From Octopus vulgaris (taxonomy: Eukaryota), in the NCBI GenBank assembly GCA_951406725.2, contig OX597821.1, forward strand, positions 60,760,001-60,824,000: a stretch of 64,000 bases of DNA, read 5' to 3'. Positions 41,058 to 56,574 of this stretch are shown piece by piece (positions within the stretch are counted from its first letter, which is position 1; each line of letters starts with the position of its first letter). Position numbers and translations under genes: made by a program. The notes beneath the pieces were generated by a model that did not search any database, was not told the DNA's origin, and saw only the letters and a list, made by a program, of their open reading frames with translations.

Positions 41058-41739
41058 TGTATGTATGTATGTATGTATGTATGTATGTATGTATGTATGT
41101 ATTAAATAGAGATGATGAAGCGGCATCGGTTGCAATATAGGCGCTTACAATTATATTTAACACGTTCGTGAACTCTCGGACGTGAAAAGTCCTTCAGCTC
41201 GGAAATTGTCTCGGGAGAAAATTCTCTAAAAAGACAATATGCGCGAAAACCCACAGCTGGGTTGTGAACGACATCACTGGGCTGTGGTCTCTAAAATCCC
41301 TTTTAGCTTAGGTACACAGGAAGTAGCAAGCATTCATTGACACCCAGTTCACCCTAAAGAATATCAAAAATATGAAACCTGGCAGGAGGACAGACTGAAA
41401 CTACTTAACCCAAAGAAGGAAGAAAAAGTTTATTTGAAGCGAACTTTATTCTCTTTGTAATAAAGCATCGACGTAGGACACACAATTTTTTCTATAATTC
41501 GAGCAGCAATAATTTTTGGGTCCCCGAATTCTGTTGTATACAGACACTATTGGTCTACGACCTCTTATTAATTATGAGCAGTCTAAAAACCATATCATTA
41601 TCTGCCAGACGCGCCCTTCACCAGTACAGCTTTACTAGAGCTGCTAGTTGAAAAACGCTGCACTGGTGACTCGAGTGAGGAGGCTGTTAGTGCGCTGAAG
41701 AGCGGAAGCTGCCCAAGATCCCACTCAATTGATCAGGTA

Positions 41740-43385
<1,646 letters not shown>

Positions 43386-43967
43386 ATGCACAAATATATG
43401 CATATGTTGTGAAAGTGAATCAGACAGATTGTATGCAAGCCAAGCAAATAGCGAAGTGATGAAAAAAAATGGGGGCCATATGTGAATATCACCGAACGTG
43501 TGAAAGAGCAGTAGAAGAAGAGAAAAACGAATATAGACAAATGAAAGTATTTATATATGTATATATATATAAGTAAGCCTCTGTGTGTATGCATCCATGT
43601 CTATGCTTCTACACAAACATACACATGTATCATATGATCTCTGATAGGTAGTGTAAACTTTACGTTTTTCCATTGCTCTCTAATAATAATGCGTATCAGA
43701 TATCACTTTTACAAAACCCCAAGCAATTTCATCGTAGTTAACAGATGGTTTTGAGTGAGAAATATTCTCCAACAATAGATAATGTCGGTGTAAGCTTCTT
43801 CTATTGAATAATAGTCTATTTCAGCTTTTATAGAGTAAAATAAGAGCAAAACTCCCCGCCTCTGTACGTTCGAGAGTTATCTACAGGCCTCTTATACCTG
43901 ACACTTGCACTATCAACACCAGCGTTGTCAGTATCTTATGTTATAAAATATATATTCAATGAACCAT

Positions 43968-44030
<63 letters not shown>

Positions 44031-44081
44031 CTATAATCTTCAAATCCGTATTTAAGGGCGCCATACGTTTCTATCACGTAA

Positions 44082-44810
44082 TATTGGTTTCAAAATGTTT
44101 GTACACGGCCAGAAATTTGTTGGAATGGGGTAGGTCTATTATATCAACCCCAGTGCTCAACTGGTACTTATTTTATCGACTTCGAAGGATGAAAGGCAAA
44201 CTCGACCTCGGCAGAATTTAAACTCAAAACGTGAGGAAATGCCGCTAAGCATTTTGCCCGGCTTGCTAACGATTCTACCTGCTCGCCGCCTTAAAAATTC
44301 GGAAGAAATGTCGCGAAGCATTTTCCCCAACGCACAAACGATTCTCCTGACACACTGTTCTGTTACCATTAATAACATTAAATTCAAGTTTTGGCACAAG
44401 GGTGTAATTCCAAGAGGTAGGGATAAATCTATTATCTCGACCCCAGTTCTCAACTGGTACTTATTTTATCGACTCTGCAAGGAAGCAAGGCAAAGCCGAC
44501 CTCGGCCGGATTTGAAATCAGAACGTAAGGGCGAACGAAATGTCGCTAAGCATTTTACCCCATGCGCTAACGATCATGCTAGCCCGCCGCCCAGTAACCA
44601 ATGATAACATTCCTTTATACTATAGGCACAAGGCCTGAAATTTCGGGTAAGGGTTTACGTCCATTACATGTCCCCAGGGCTCAACTTGTACTTATTTTAT
44701 CGACCCCGAAAGGATGAAAGACAAAGTCAGCCACAGTGGAATTTGAAGACGGACGAAACGCCGCTAAGTATTTGACCCTACTCACTAACCATTCTGCAAG
44801 TATGCCGCCC
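44082..44810 (-). mobile_element. cluster of three SINE family A copies
   Basis: Reverse-complement copies at ~44082-44292, 44375-44592 and 44622-44810. Confidence 0.85.
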
Positions 44811-45756
44811 TGTCACTAATAATAATATTTACTGTCATAAATTACCACGCAATTCATGACAGTAAATTTATCAAGAATGCACATATTCTTTTAAAATTCA
44901 ACGAGTCATTAGATTCGTTAGTCCGGGTACTTCTGTCTAAGGAGATACAACTTGTTGAAACACCGGTCTCAAAAATCCCTTTCATTAATGAATCTGATGT
45001 GTTATGAACACATAGTCGCCGTAAATGAGAAGTGACGAACACTACAGCTATTAGCATATTTGTATTCAAATCTGCCGAAACGTATTAAAACTAAATATGC
45101 AAATCATCGTTTCTCGCTGATGATAACCGTGAAAATAACGGCTTTATGTCTATTGTTGATATAAATCTTTTTTCTATAAAATGGGTGTCATCAGAAATAC
45201 ATGTACTTTAGAAAACTAGGATGCCTACTATACTTTTACGCTTCAAATGTGATAACTTTATCGACTTATTTGTTTTATCGACTCAGTGTGCTTTCGCAAT
45301 ATATTGGGTATCTTTCGTAAATAATCGAATCCTAATGAGATCAAGAATGATCGAAAAATTCATTAAATCAAACTTGCAAGTTTGACATAATCACAGTGAA
45401 ATTAAATTATATCATCATTAATATTTACATGATTGCGTTTAACTCATTCCTGATTACTGAGGGATTGTTCAATTATATTTACCGAATGATAATTTGTAAG
45501 CCAAATTACACAAACTAGATTAGATAGGTTAGATTCTAGATTAATCCAACTAGACACAGTCTCTCGCTTTCGGATATAATCTTATTGTTGTCGTTACAGA
45601 AGTGATGCTTCAGGGAGTGTTCGGCTCTAGTTTCGGGCCTCGCCTTTCTCGGTTGAAATCTTGCCCACATCATAGATATAATAGGTGTAATATACAGAAG
45701 TAGTCTCCAGAGACTCTCACATATTCTCTCTTTCACGCGCATCCAAACACATTCAG

Positions 45757-45806
<50 letters not shown>

Positions 45807-45837
45807 GTAGATCCTCATTATTGTTATGATTGTTGAT

Positions 45838-45912
<75 letters not shown>

Positions 45913-46005
45913 GATCCTTATTATTGCTATGATTGTTCATACACACACACACATATATACGTATATATATATATATACATATGTATATATTTGTAAATCC
46001 CTATT

Positions 46006-46074
<69 letters not shown>

Positions 46075-46189
46075 ATAGAGAGAGGGAGAGAGGGAAAGAG
46101 ACAGACAGACAAAGATAGATAGGTAGATGGATTGATAAATAAATAGTGAGAATGAGTATTCAACACCTCATTGGTGGATAAAGATTTTC

Positions 46190-46387
46190 CATTTGTGTAT
46201 CAAGGTTACCATTTGTTCTATGTTAAGGAAATTCCCAGCAATTATTCAAGCCATTAATATAGAAAAATTGGTCTTTGTCTCCATTAATCCCAAATGGAGT
46301 CAAAGACCAATTTTACTAAATGCTTGGTTGGAATAATTGTTGAGAATTTCTTTAACATGAAACCAATGGTAGCTTTAATACACAATG
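46190..46387. repeat. ~200-bp imperfect palindrome (long hairpin)
   Basis: Arms of ~95 nt centred on ctccatt-aatccca-aatggag. Confidence 0.85.
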
Positions 46388-46974
46388 AATTAGGTACTTA
46401 AGTTGAGGCACCAGAATTTTGTACGGTATTATCCGTACAGTTTCAAAATAAGATGATTAAAGTCAAAATAAACAACAGGCTATCCAGAGGTAATGCAGTA
46501 CGATCGTTTCAAGCAACCCCATCTAATTGAAGAATGCAACACTTACATCAATTTAAATGCAGAGCATTTAAATGCATAAATACGTAGAATTATTAAATTA
46601 ATTATAACAGAATTATTGAATTAAATTAAAACAGATGGACACATTAGTATAATTTTACTTAAGGAGATAAGGAGATATACAAAAATCATACTGTCTTCAA
46701 CTCAGCTTAGAAGCAATTAAGGTATCAGGAAAAAATAATTGTTAGAGATCTAGCTTTTCACTTAATTTAATTTAATTTAATTTAATTTATAGTCTTGGTC
46801 AATTAATTTATATTTATAGCGTTTTTAATTTATAGTCTTTTAATTTATAGTCAATTTAATTTATAGTCTTGTATATATATATATATGTACATACATACAT
46901 ACATATATACATACATACATACATACATACATGCATACATACATATGTATATGTGTGTGTATATATGTATATGT

Positions 46975-47172
46975 ATACGAAAGGTTACTGAAAAGGTTCT
47001 GGCTTTAAGGATGTCGCGAAAGGCCTGGCTGGAGGCCCAATATTCCAAGTACTTTTATAAGGCTTAGAAAAACTGACCGCTGCAATAAATGTGTGAATAT
47101 CAGAGAGGAATATGTTGAATATAACCATAATTAACTGGTCCTCCTGTATTTTCTTTTACCCAAAGCCAGGGT
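46975..47172 (+). mobile_element. mariner-derived non-autonomous element (second copy 59190-59342)
   Basis: Carries a mariner-like C-terminus (RCNKCVNIRGEYVE*) and partial TIRs ctggcttt / aaagccagg. Confidence 0.7.
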
Positions 47173-47620
47173 AATATATATATATATTTATACACACACA
47201 AACACACACACGCGCGCGCACGCATGCACACACACACACACACTCGGACAACAGTGATAAATATAACAATACGCTCCTTGTAAGTTGACTTGGAAGGAAG
47301 GCGACAGAGAATAAACAATAAAATTATTGTTAAAATAAACGAAAAGAAAGGAAACTTGTTATTATGCAAAGGAGGATAGTTTAAAAAACCTCCACATATT
47401 TCAGGCTCAAAGGTCCGCTTTATGGCGGGATGTAAGTAGACTGACATTGCTTAACTGTGTACTTCTGAAGGTGGGCCTTTACGGCTGGAATACATGAAGG
47501 GATTTTAAAACGTTCCCCCTTGGATTGAAAGAAGCTCTCCTTCTCTGTCTTTGTTATTCTGCTTTATCATCACAATCTCTCAAGCAAACTAAAATGCTCT
47601 TCGTTATTAATTACTAGGTG

Positions 47621-47835
47621 TAAGGCGCTGAACTGGTGGAATAGTTGGCACGCCAGGCAAATACTTAGCAGTTGTCGTCTGTCATTACGTTCTGAGTTCA
47701 AATTCCGCCAAGGCCGTCTTTGCCTTTCATCCCTTTCGGGGTCGATAAAATGCGTATCAGTTGAACATTGGAATTAATGTAATCGACTTAATCCCACTCC
47801 CGAAATTGCTGGCTTTGGGCTAAAATTTGAAACCA
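47621..47835 (+). mobile_element. SINE family A copy
   Basis: Head, core and tail present. Confidence 0.88.
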
Positions 47836-47885
47836 TTATTATAATTATAAGTTATGTGTAGCGAGTATGTATTATTATTATAAGT

Positions 47886-47934
<49 letters not shown>

Positions 47935-49138
47935 ACGGGCTTCCGCACAGTTTCTGTCTACTAAATACACTCACAAAACATTGGTGAATTCATGGTTATA
48001 GTAGAAGGCACTTGCTCAATGTACTACATAATCAGACTGAAGGTAAAACCACCTGGCTGCAAGACTTACGTCGGAACCACACAGCTCTGCCAGTAGAAAA
48101 CTAGCTTATTCAGAAGTCATATGGTGACTGCCTCACTGAGGAGTTAAAGCTGTAACAAAATAATTATAGATAGTTATAGCAAAAAAAAAAAAAATAAAAT
48201 AAAACTAGAGAAGAAAGTTAGTCAAACTCGAAAGCATCGGAAGAACTTAAGTCTTGGAAATGTTGAATTAATAGTGAAATCAGGATGATATCCTTGAACG
48301 TTGGCCAGCTATCTACTAAGAGTAGCATACTGAGTTATATATCCCTCATAAAACAACAAAGACGTGGATTTAACACAATACTAAAATATTATCTGAGGTA
48401 GAAGGATCTGTTACTGAACTCAAAATAGTAAAAAGCGCTGGTTTTGATAAATTTTGTATAAGTTTGCTTCAGTCTGACCGAGATTCATCCAAAAACATTC
48501 AAAATTTTAACAGCATCATGAAAATCAGTGATAAACCATCTTCTTTCAAAAGAGAGCACATTACTGTAAATTTCCAAAATATTAACCAAATCAAGTTTAA
48601 AAGCTATCGACCAGTGAGACTTCCAAGTCCCAAGTACAAATCATTCTTGACCTTCATAGCGTCTCTTCTATAAGAGAAGCTATGATGATCAAGAAAACCA
48701 GAAGTCGAAACCTCTTTTTATTAAAGAGGTTTCTACTTCTGCTTTTCTTGTTCTCAGGTTTTCTACCATCCTGGAAGAGGTGCAGCAGAACAATTATTTT
48801 CCTTGCGACGGATTATAGAAAAAAATCCATTTAAGAGCATACGCCATTTGTACTTCATTTAATGTCTTTGAAAAAGCTAAAGTCTGCGAGAAATGGTTTA
48901 ACAACAATAAATTTTTACTCAAGTTAAATGCCTCTCTCGAAAATTATTTGGTCTCATCAAGCTTACGTCTTTTGGGCTTTCTCATATATATATATGAAAG
49001 AAGGTTTGAAAAGGCAATTTTAAAAGAACAAACATCTATAACATTTTTAAAACATGTTTATTCTTTTAAAAAATTGCATTTTCAAACCTTCTTTCATATA
49101 TATTTTCAGTCGTGCGGTACCTTAAAACTTCACTTTGT

Positions 49139-49187
<49 letters not shown>

Positions 49188-49210
49188 GTATATATGTATC
49201 TATGAATGTA

Positions 49211-49253
<43 letters not shown>

Positions 49254-49909
49254 AGGGTACGATTTTGGGAAAAAGAACAAAGGGTGCCCCTATGATAGCT
49301 GGAGAGATCAGATTCTAAATGAATAGAACTGAATACAATGACAATGGGGTGGGATGATGGGGGTATAAATTCATGAAGTTCCTTACTTTGCTGCAAGTGA
49401 AAAATCGGCAGGGAAAATTTAACAGAATAATAAATCTCTCATTCGATGTGAAAATCTGTGCCAGTTTAAGCAAGACTAGTCTCATTTAAAACCAATTACC
49501 TTTTTCGCCCTACAAAGTCATGGCTTAAAAAAAAAAAAGCTTTTATAGATAAGGTTGTTTAAATTTTGTAGGAAGTGATCATGGAGGTGGTATGATGTGG
49601 GGAATACTGGTTGACTAAAATTCGTGGAGTTTAATTTCCGATTTAGTTCGGGCTCAGATACTCTCTCATGTCAAAGACAATTAAAGCATTACTGAGAAAT
49701 GATTTATTAGAATCTTCCCAACAATCTAAATGACGTTTGTTCGGTGTTGGTCATTAATCATGCCAATGCTCAACCCTCGTAATCAATGAAACATCACAGT
49801 AAATTCAGTAGGTCTTGCCAATATATTCGTTTATATATTCCTCTATGATTTAGTATATTCAAGGAAAGTGTTTCGTTTCATATCGGATGCTAACTATCAT
49901 TCAACTTAC

Positions 49910-50053
49910 ATTTAGAAAATACCTTATTTGTATCATGGTATCTTATTCTTCCCTTGCATTTAGCAAAGGAAAAGTATATTTGATTGAATCCTCGATGATA
50001 ATCTTTCATTAATTTATTATGAATGAAAGAAAAGCAAGGTAGTAGAATTTTAT
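49910..50053 (-). CDS. candidate upstream exon (xKILLPCFSFIHNKLMKDYHRGFNQIYFSFAKCKGRIRYHDTNKVFSKx)
   Basis: Acceptor gtttcgtgtgcag, strong donor AAT|GTAAGT, 144 nt open, phase 1/1. Linkage to the downstream exons is unproven. Confidence 0.3.
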
Positions 50054-50435
50054 CTGCACACGAAACTATCTCAAGCGATCCACTACAGTACAAGTCATGT
50101 TATAAAAGATCCAATGTACATTGTACTAAAGACATTCGTCTGACATTCAAGGACGACATCAAATCTTTAAGATATATTAGCATATAATTCAAAATATTCA
50201 TATTTAATAAAATAAAATGTATTAAGCTCTCCTGGCGGACCGTTTCACAATCGGTTGATCGCTCCTCCGAGATAATGCGTCCTGCTTCTTTCTGTCACGT
50301 TTCCTTCAATCAGTAACGTAGCTCAGTTGCTATAAAAAGCTGTAATACATTAGGATACTATATAAGTCGGTAACCTAATTTGCATATTTGTGCTTTGACG
50401 CTTCGTCTCTAATGATACAGTATGTATTTTAGGTA

Positions 50436-51002
50436 TTGGGTTGTCGGAAAGTTCGTGCCGATTTTTAAAGGAAAGAAAAAGGTCAATAAATACTTGCTAT
50501 TACATTATTTAATTAACAAAATATGTACCATTTTGTTGCACAATGCGTCTCCATCTTTCCTTTAACTTGAAAATACCCTCTTCCCAGAATTGAGGTGCTT
50601 TCATGGCAAAGAATTCATCAAGGTATCTTTTTACGTCATCTAAGGAATTCAAATTTTTACCATTAAGACTATTCTGCAGAGACCCGAATAATTGGAAATC
50701 CGAAGGAGCAATATCTGGTGAATATGGAGGGTGGGGTAACACATCCCAGCCGAGCTGCAGTAATTTTTGTCTGGTTCCCAAAGTATCAAGTGCTGAAAAT
50801 GAACTTTGTTATCTTTCAGTTTAAAGGGTTACAGAATTAACACAAGTTATAGGAACATAAACCTTCTTCCACGAAAAGATAGCTTAAACTGTGCTCTAAA
50901 TGGAAGTGTAGTCAAATCCTATTTTATTGGACTCAACCATATTCTAAAATAAGTCGAAAGGTAAGCTACTATAAATCGGCACGAACTTTCCGGACAACCT
51001 AA
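50436..51002 (-). mobile_element. internally deleted mariner transposon with both TIRs and TA target duplication
   Basis: TIRs ttgggttgtcggaaagttcgtgccgattt / aaatcggcacgaactttccggacaacctaa. Encodes LGWDVLPHPPYSPDIAPSDF...GIFKLKERW; the N-terminal NKVHFQHL is fused directly to it near 50782. Confidence 0.95.
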
Positions 51003-51124
51003 TACAAAAAATGAAATAAATGTAAAATATTGGAAAACCTTACTGTGGGTAAGATAATAACGTAAATATATTCGTTCCATGCCACTGATGTAGAGAATAA
51101 ATGAGGGAGGCGATGGAGACGCAT

Positions 51125-51306
<182 letters not shown>

Positions 51307-51619
51307 ATGTGTGTGTATACACATACATATATACATAAAATAATATGTTTACACACACACATATATGTATGCATTTATGTAAATAAGCCATTGAATTCGG
51401 TATGTGTCCCTGTTCTCTGAGTACAAGCCTGAGTCTGTTATCATAAAAAAGCAAATGTTTTGGGACTCTGCAAAATTCATGATGGACACGGGAAGTGTCC
51501 AAGTCGCCTCATCTAACACCTGTCAACAGCGACTCCATGGGTGGATGGACAAAAGACAAGCAGATATTTAAGTCCTGTGCACAAAAGAGGAAAGAGACAG
51601 CAATATAAACTCGCAGAGA

Positions 51620-51855
51620 TGTGTGTGTATATATGTTTGTGTGTCTGTGTTTGTCCCCCCTTCATCGCTTGACAACCGATGCTGGCGTGTTTACATTCCC
51701 GTAACTTAGCGGTTTGGCAAAGAGACGGATAGAATAATTACTAGGCTTACAAAGAATAAGTCCTGGGGTCGATTTGCTCGACTAAAGGCGGTACTCCAGC
51801 ATGGCCACAGTCAAATGACTGAAACAAGTAAAAGAGTAAAAGAGTAAAAAGAGTA
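51620..51855 (+). mobile_element. SINE family B 3' half
   Basis: Near-identical to 34960-35182; (GAGTAAAA)n tail. Confidence 0.88.
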
Positions 51856-52822
51856 TATATATATAATTATGTATGTGAGTGTATATGTATATATTAAGAT
51901 ACATAATTTATGCTTTAAATATTGAGTTTTTGTGTCTCTCTGTTACTACACCGTATAGCATTGTGATGATGAATGAACTTTATGCTGTATTATCTTATAC
52001 TGAACGATACACTTCTGTTGACGTGATATATCTTCATAAAAGTACCACATTGCAAAACGGTATTACACTCTTGAATGGTATCGTACTGGTGCTATAGTAA
52101 ACGATATGATTATATTGCAAACAAAATATGTCTCTGATATTACGATTTCGAATAGTGTTTACTGTGCACGAATATCATAACTGTTCCATTTCGTGTCATT
52201 ACTATTATATTATTATTATTTGTATCAAATACTTTTGGCAACCGTGCTAGTATCGTTGCTCTAATATAACACGTCATACCATTAGTGTGTTGTTGTCAGT
52301 ATTTAGTCGAAAAAGTAGTATCATTACTTCCTGATAATGTGTGATGCCATTACAGCAGACTCTCGACAGTTCTTTATTCACCCAACATAACGAATATTCA
52401 TTGATAATGTTCTTTTTATCATTCAATGGTTCCAAGCCTATGGAAAATAAAAACATCAACAACAACAACAACAACGACATAAACGACAATACAACAACAA
52501 CAAATATAGTTCACCGACGTAATCAATGGAAATCTAATAAAAATACATAGCTTTTCACACTTCTTGCTATGTTATATAGTAGTTATTTTTAAACATTTTT
52601 TTTTTATCTGGGTTTCATTTCATCCAGCTGTGACGATCGACCAAAGATCGATGATTTAAAACAATGATTTCTACCACACAACTTCGAAGGCGACCAATTA
52701 CTTGCCATATTTTAGTTAACAGACATGTCTCCTCTCGAGGTTTTAGTTTATTTGTTTTTGTCTCTTGATAATTATTCATAGAGTCCAGCTACAGTGGCCA
52801 CTTACTGTTCCGTCCCATATCA

Positions 52823-52873
<51 letters not shown>

Positions 52874-53819
52874 TGCATACATACACTCACATACACAAAC
52901 TCAGATACACGCACACATACAACGATATACATAAAAAACGTACAAACACACACACACAGACACTGTTTTTAAACAGCCGACTCCATCTTTTATGAAATAT
53001 AGAAAAAAGAAGCTAGAAAATAGAAACATCACCACCTCTGGGAAAAGTGATGAAACAGACGTATAAACGTGACTGTCTGGGTTAATTCCAATTCATGTTT
53101 TGAATTTCAAATAAAATACACATGTTTTTGTTATTGTTTTTATTACGCGTGTCTTAATTTCAAAATTAAAAAAAAAAATAGCTATAATGTTTAATCTGTA
53201 GGTCCGAAGCCATTGATATCCTGTCAGCAATTTTTAGCAGATTTAAAAGACACCAGCAAAAATACGCAACAAAAACCGAAACAAAATGCAAAATAAAATC
53301 GAAGAATTATTTAATGAAAATGCAATTTCATCTGTAATCACTATTTTCCAGATTCGGTGTGTTAGAGAAATATACTAAGATATTTACGGATCTGAGTTAT
53401 GTTGCATTTCGTTGATATTATTATACAGTTCACCATTAAAATTATATATTCATTATATTTTCAAAACAGAAGTAATGTGTGAGTATGAAGCAACAGCCAA
53501 ATAAATAGTTGCCTTCTTGTCTTTCATAGACATATAATCAGTTAGTTGCCCATAAGTCAGAAAAGCAGCACACTCTATATGAGAAATATGGCAATTATGA
53601 TTCTTAATGTTGTAAATTATTGGATATGGCGTATAGCTGGCCACAGTGTTCCGGTTAACATATCTAAAAAATCGTCAACATTGTCAGTTGTAACTGACAA
53701 TGTTGACAATGATAGAGAGCACGAAACCGACGGTACCATTCTAACCTATAATATACCATTAATAATATATTGCCTGACTAAGGCGGCGAGCTGGCAGAAA
53801 TGTTAGCACGCCGGGCGAA

Positions 53820-54260
53820 ATTTATCTCTTGCAAGAAGGAGTTTTCTTTCCGATTTTTAACCCAGTTGATAGAAGTCACCGTTTTAGTCTGTTTCCAATA
53901 AAACTGCTACTATCTAACTTCTACATGAAAGTGTATTCCATTCCGAGCTGCATCTGTACAATCTTCTCGTAGCATCTCCTATCGCTCGTCTTTCCCAACC
54001 TGAGCTGCATCTATATTGTTTTCATGTGGAACAGTTAACTGAAGAAGGTGAATTACTTTACGTTCCTCACACCATATTGTCATATCCGGCTTCTTTTTTG
54101 TTGGTATAGGGAAAAGGCGCTCATAGCCTCCAAGATCTGCTACCAGTTCCCAAACTCCATCCCATTTCTCGTCATTCACAACTTACTCCTGTTTTGGGCA
54201 GCCATCTTGACTTTGGTAAGAAAATGTGATAAACTGTTTACTAACTACTCGTACATGGTG
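53820..54260 (-). mobile_element. RLE LINE fragment, HERO/NeSL-like
   Basis: FPIPTKKKPDMTIWCEERKVIHLLQLTVPHENNIDAAQVGKDER*...HVEV, cf. PDIVLW...IELTVPWE...RK..RY...PVEVG. Abuts a SINE A head at 53779-53820. Confidence 0.8.
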
Positions 54261-54359
54261 TCTTAATAGTCAATATTAAAATAATATTATTGGGGTGTGC
54301 AGATTCTGCCGAACTCGCAAGGAGCCTCAATTTAAGTACTTGATTCAACTGAGTTTTAA

Positions 54360-54428
<69 letters not shown>

Positions 54429-54508
54429 CACTGATGTAAGAACGAGTTGTTTATAAAGCTTGAAACACGTGTACCGCGATATCCTTTGTGTTCTGTTTTT
54501 GATTTAAT

Positions 54509-54542
<34 letters not shown>

Positions 54543-54768
54543 TCACACACACACACACACGTATATATATGTGTATTTTTGAAAAAAATTATTTCTAAAA
54601 ACAAAATAATGTCATTTGAGGCATGTAAATTCTTATCTAGAATGTAGTAGACATATCTCCAGCGGTTTTTAGTGATGTAACCCTTTTGGACATTGCGCTA
54701 ATGAGTAGTGTCCGTGCAGATAGACTGGGATAACGAGGTGGTATCTATTAATTTTCAATCTGTCTGTT

Positions 54769-54853
<85 letters not shown>

Positions 54854-54977
54854 ACACACACATACGTAGACTCTTATATATTTAGTTATAAATCTATCTC
54901 TATATATAGTTAGAAATCCGTTAGAAATAGAGGAAATCCTAATTAAATTAACATATCAGCGCATTAAGAAGATATAT

Positions 54978-55544
54978 TGGTTCCAAATTTTGGCAGAAGG
55001 ACAGCAAGTTCAAGGGAGGTGGCTAATTGCTTAGGTTGACCCAGTGTTCAACTGGTACTTATTTTATCGACCGCGTTGGAATTTGAACTCAGAACATAAA
55101 GACAGACAAAATGCTGCGAAGCAATTTGCCCGGCGTGCTAATGATTCTTTTCTACTCTAGACACAAGGCCCGAAATCTTTTGGAAGGGGGCCAGTCGATT
55201 AGATCGACCCCAGTACGCAACTAGTACTCAATTTATCGATCCCGAAACGATGAAAGGCGAAGTCTACCTCGGCGGTATTTGAACTCAGAACGTAAAGACA
55301 AACGAAATACCTATTTATTTACTACCCACAAGGGCCTAAACACAGAGGGGACAAGCAAGAACAGACAAACGGATTAAGTCGATTATATTGACCCAAGTGC
55401 GTAACTGGTACTTATTTAATCGACCTCGAAAGGATGAAAGGCAAAGTCGACCTCGGCGGAATTTGAACTCAGGACGTAGCGGCAGACGAAATACCGCTAG
55501 GCATTTCGCCCGGCATGCAAACGTTTCTGCCAGCTCGCCGCCTT
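54978..55544 (-). mobile_element. multimeric SINE family A (dimer plus an adjacent degenerate copy)
   Basis: Same aaataggtatttcgt inter-unit junction as 1823-2352. Confidence 0.88.
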
Positions 55545-55849
55545 CATCAAACAGATATATTGATAGTAAAGATCAGTGGCTATCACAGGAGAACTTCTGT
55601 TGCATTGCTGAAGGATGTATCCGAGAGCGGATTAGCTGTAGTCGATCCTCATTGAAATATGCTTTTGTTCAAATGGTTTTGAACGAGACTAGTTGATTTG
55701 TATTTGCGGACATGGTCAATTGCTTTGTGGAAAAGGCTGATAGACTAATACATTTTCAATGATATGATGATAGGAGGTAATAAGACGAGAAAAGAATTCT
55801 TTGAAGTGTTGTAAGGAGAATTAGAGTGGTTTACCTAAAATATTTTATC

Positions 55850-56267
55850 CTTTCTTTTACATATTTCAGTCACTCAACTGCGGACATGCTGAGGTAGCAC
55901 CTTGAAGGGTTTAGTTTAACAAATCGGCCCCAGTACTTATTTTCAAAGTATGCTACTAATTCTATCTGTCTCTTTTGCGGATGTGTTATATTACTTGGAT
56001 GTAAACAAGCCAGCAAGCCAACAAACCAACAAGCCAACACCACTTGTCAAGTAGTGTGGGTGGAGGGTACGAATACAGGCACAAAGACGCTCACACTTAT
56101 AGGAGTAGCTTCCAGACAGGTTCCAGCACTCAAATTTATTCACAAAGCAATGATGGACCCTGCAGAATAGCAAAAGGTACTTGCCCAAGGTGCCGCGCAG
56201 TGAGACTGAACTCTAAACTACGTAGTTGCAAAGCGAGATTCTTAACCAAACAGCTATGCCAGCGCCT
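55850..56267 (-). mobile_element. degenerate SINE family B
   Basis: gcaccttgaagggtttagt...cttgcccaaggtgccgcgcagtgagactgaac. Confidence 0.75.
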
Positions 56268-56543
56268 GTTAAATGGATTCGATATAGGGGAACGGTGTGG
56301 CGAGATAAATGAGAGTAAAGCGGAAATGATATAAAGGAATGTATAAAGTAAGTAAATATATAGATGAATAAACGTATAATTGAAACGATAAATAAAAGGT
56401 GAGAGAATATATAAAGTGAATGCTTACATAAACAGAAAAAAAAATTCTTAAATAAATAAATAAGCGAAAATGATGGAATATATATGGTGGATAAATATAT
56501 GAATGAATGGATGAATCAAAAAGAAAAGTAAAAAATGAACATG

Positions 56544-56574
<31 letters not shown>

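Noticed and set aside
41590-41737. GC-richer open stretch ending in CAG|GTATAT (possible exon or Cys-rich transposase tail)
   Set aside because: Poor acceptor, no partner exons and no recognisable motif.
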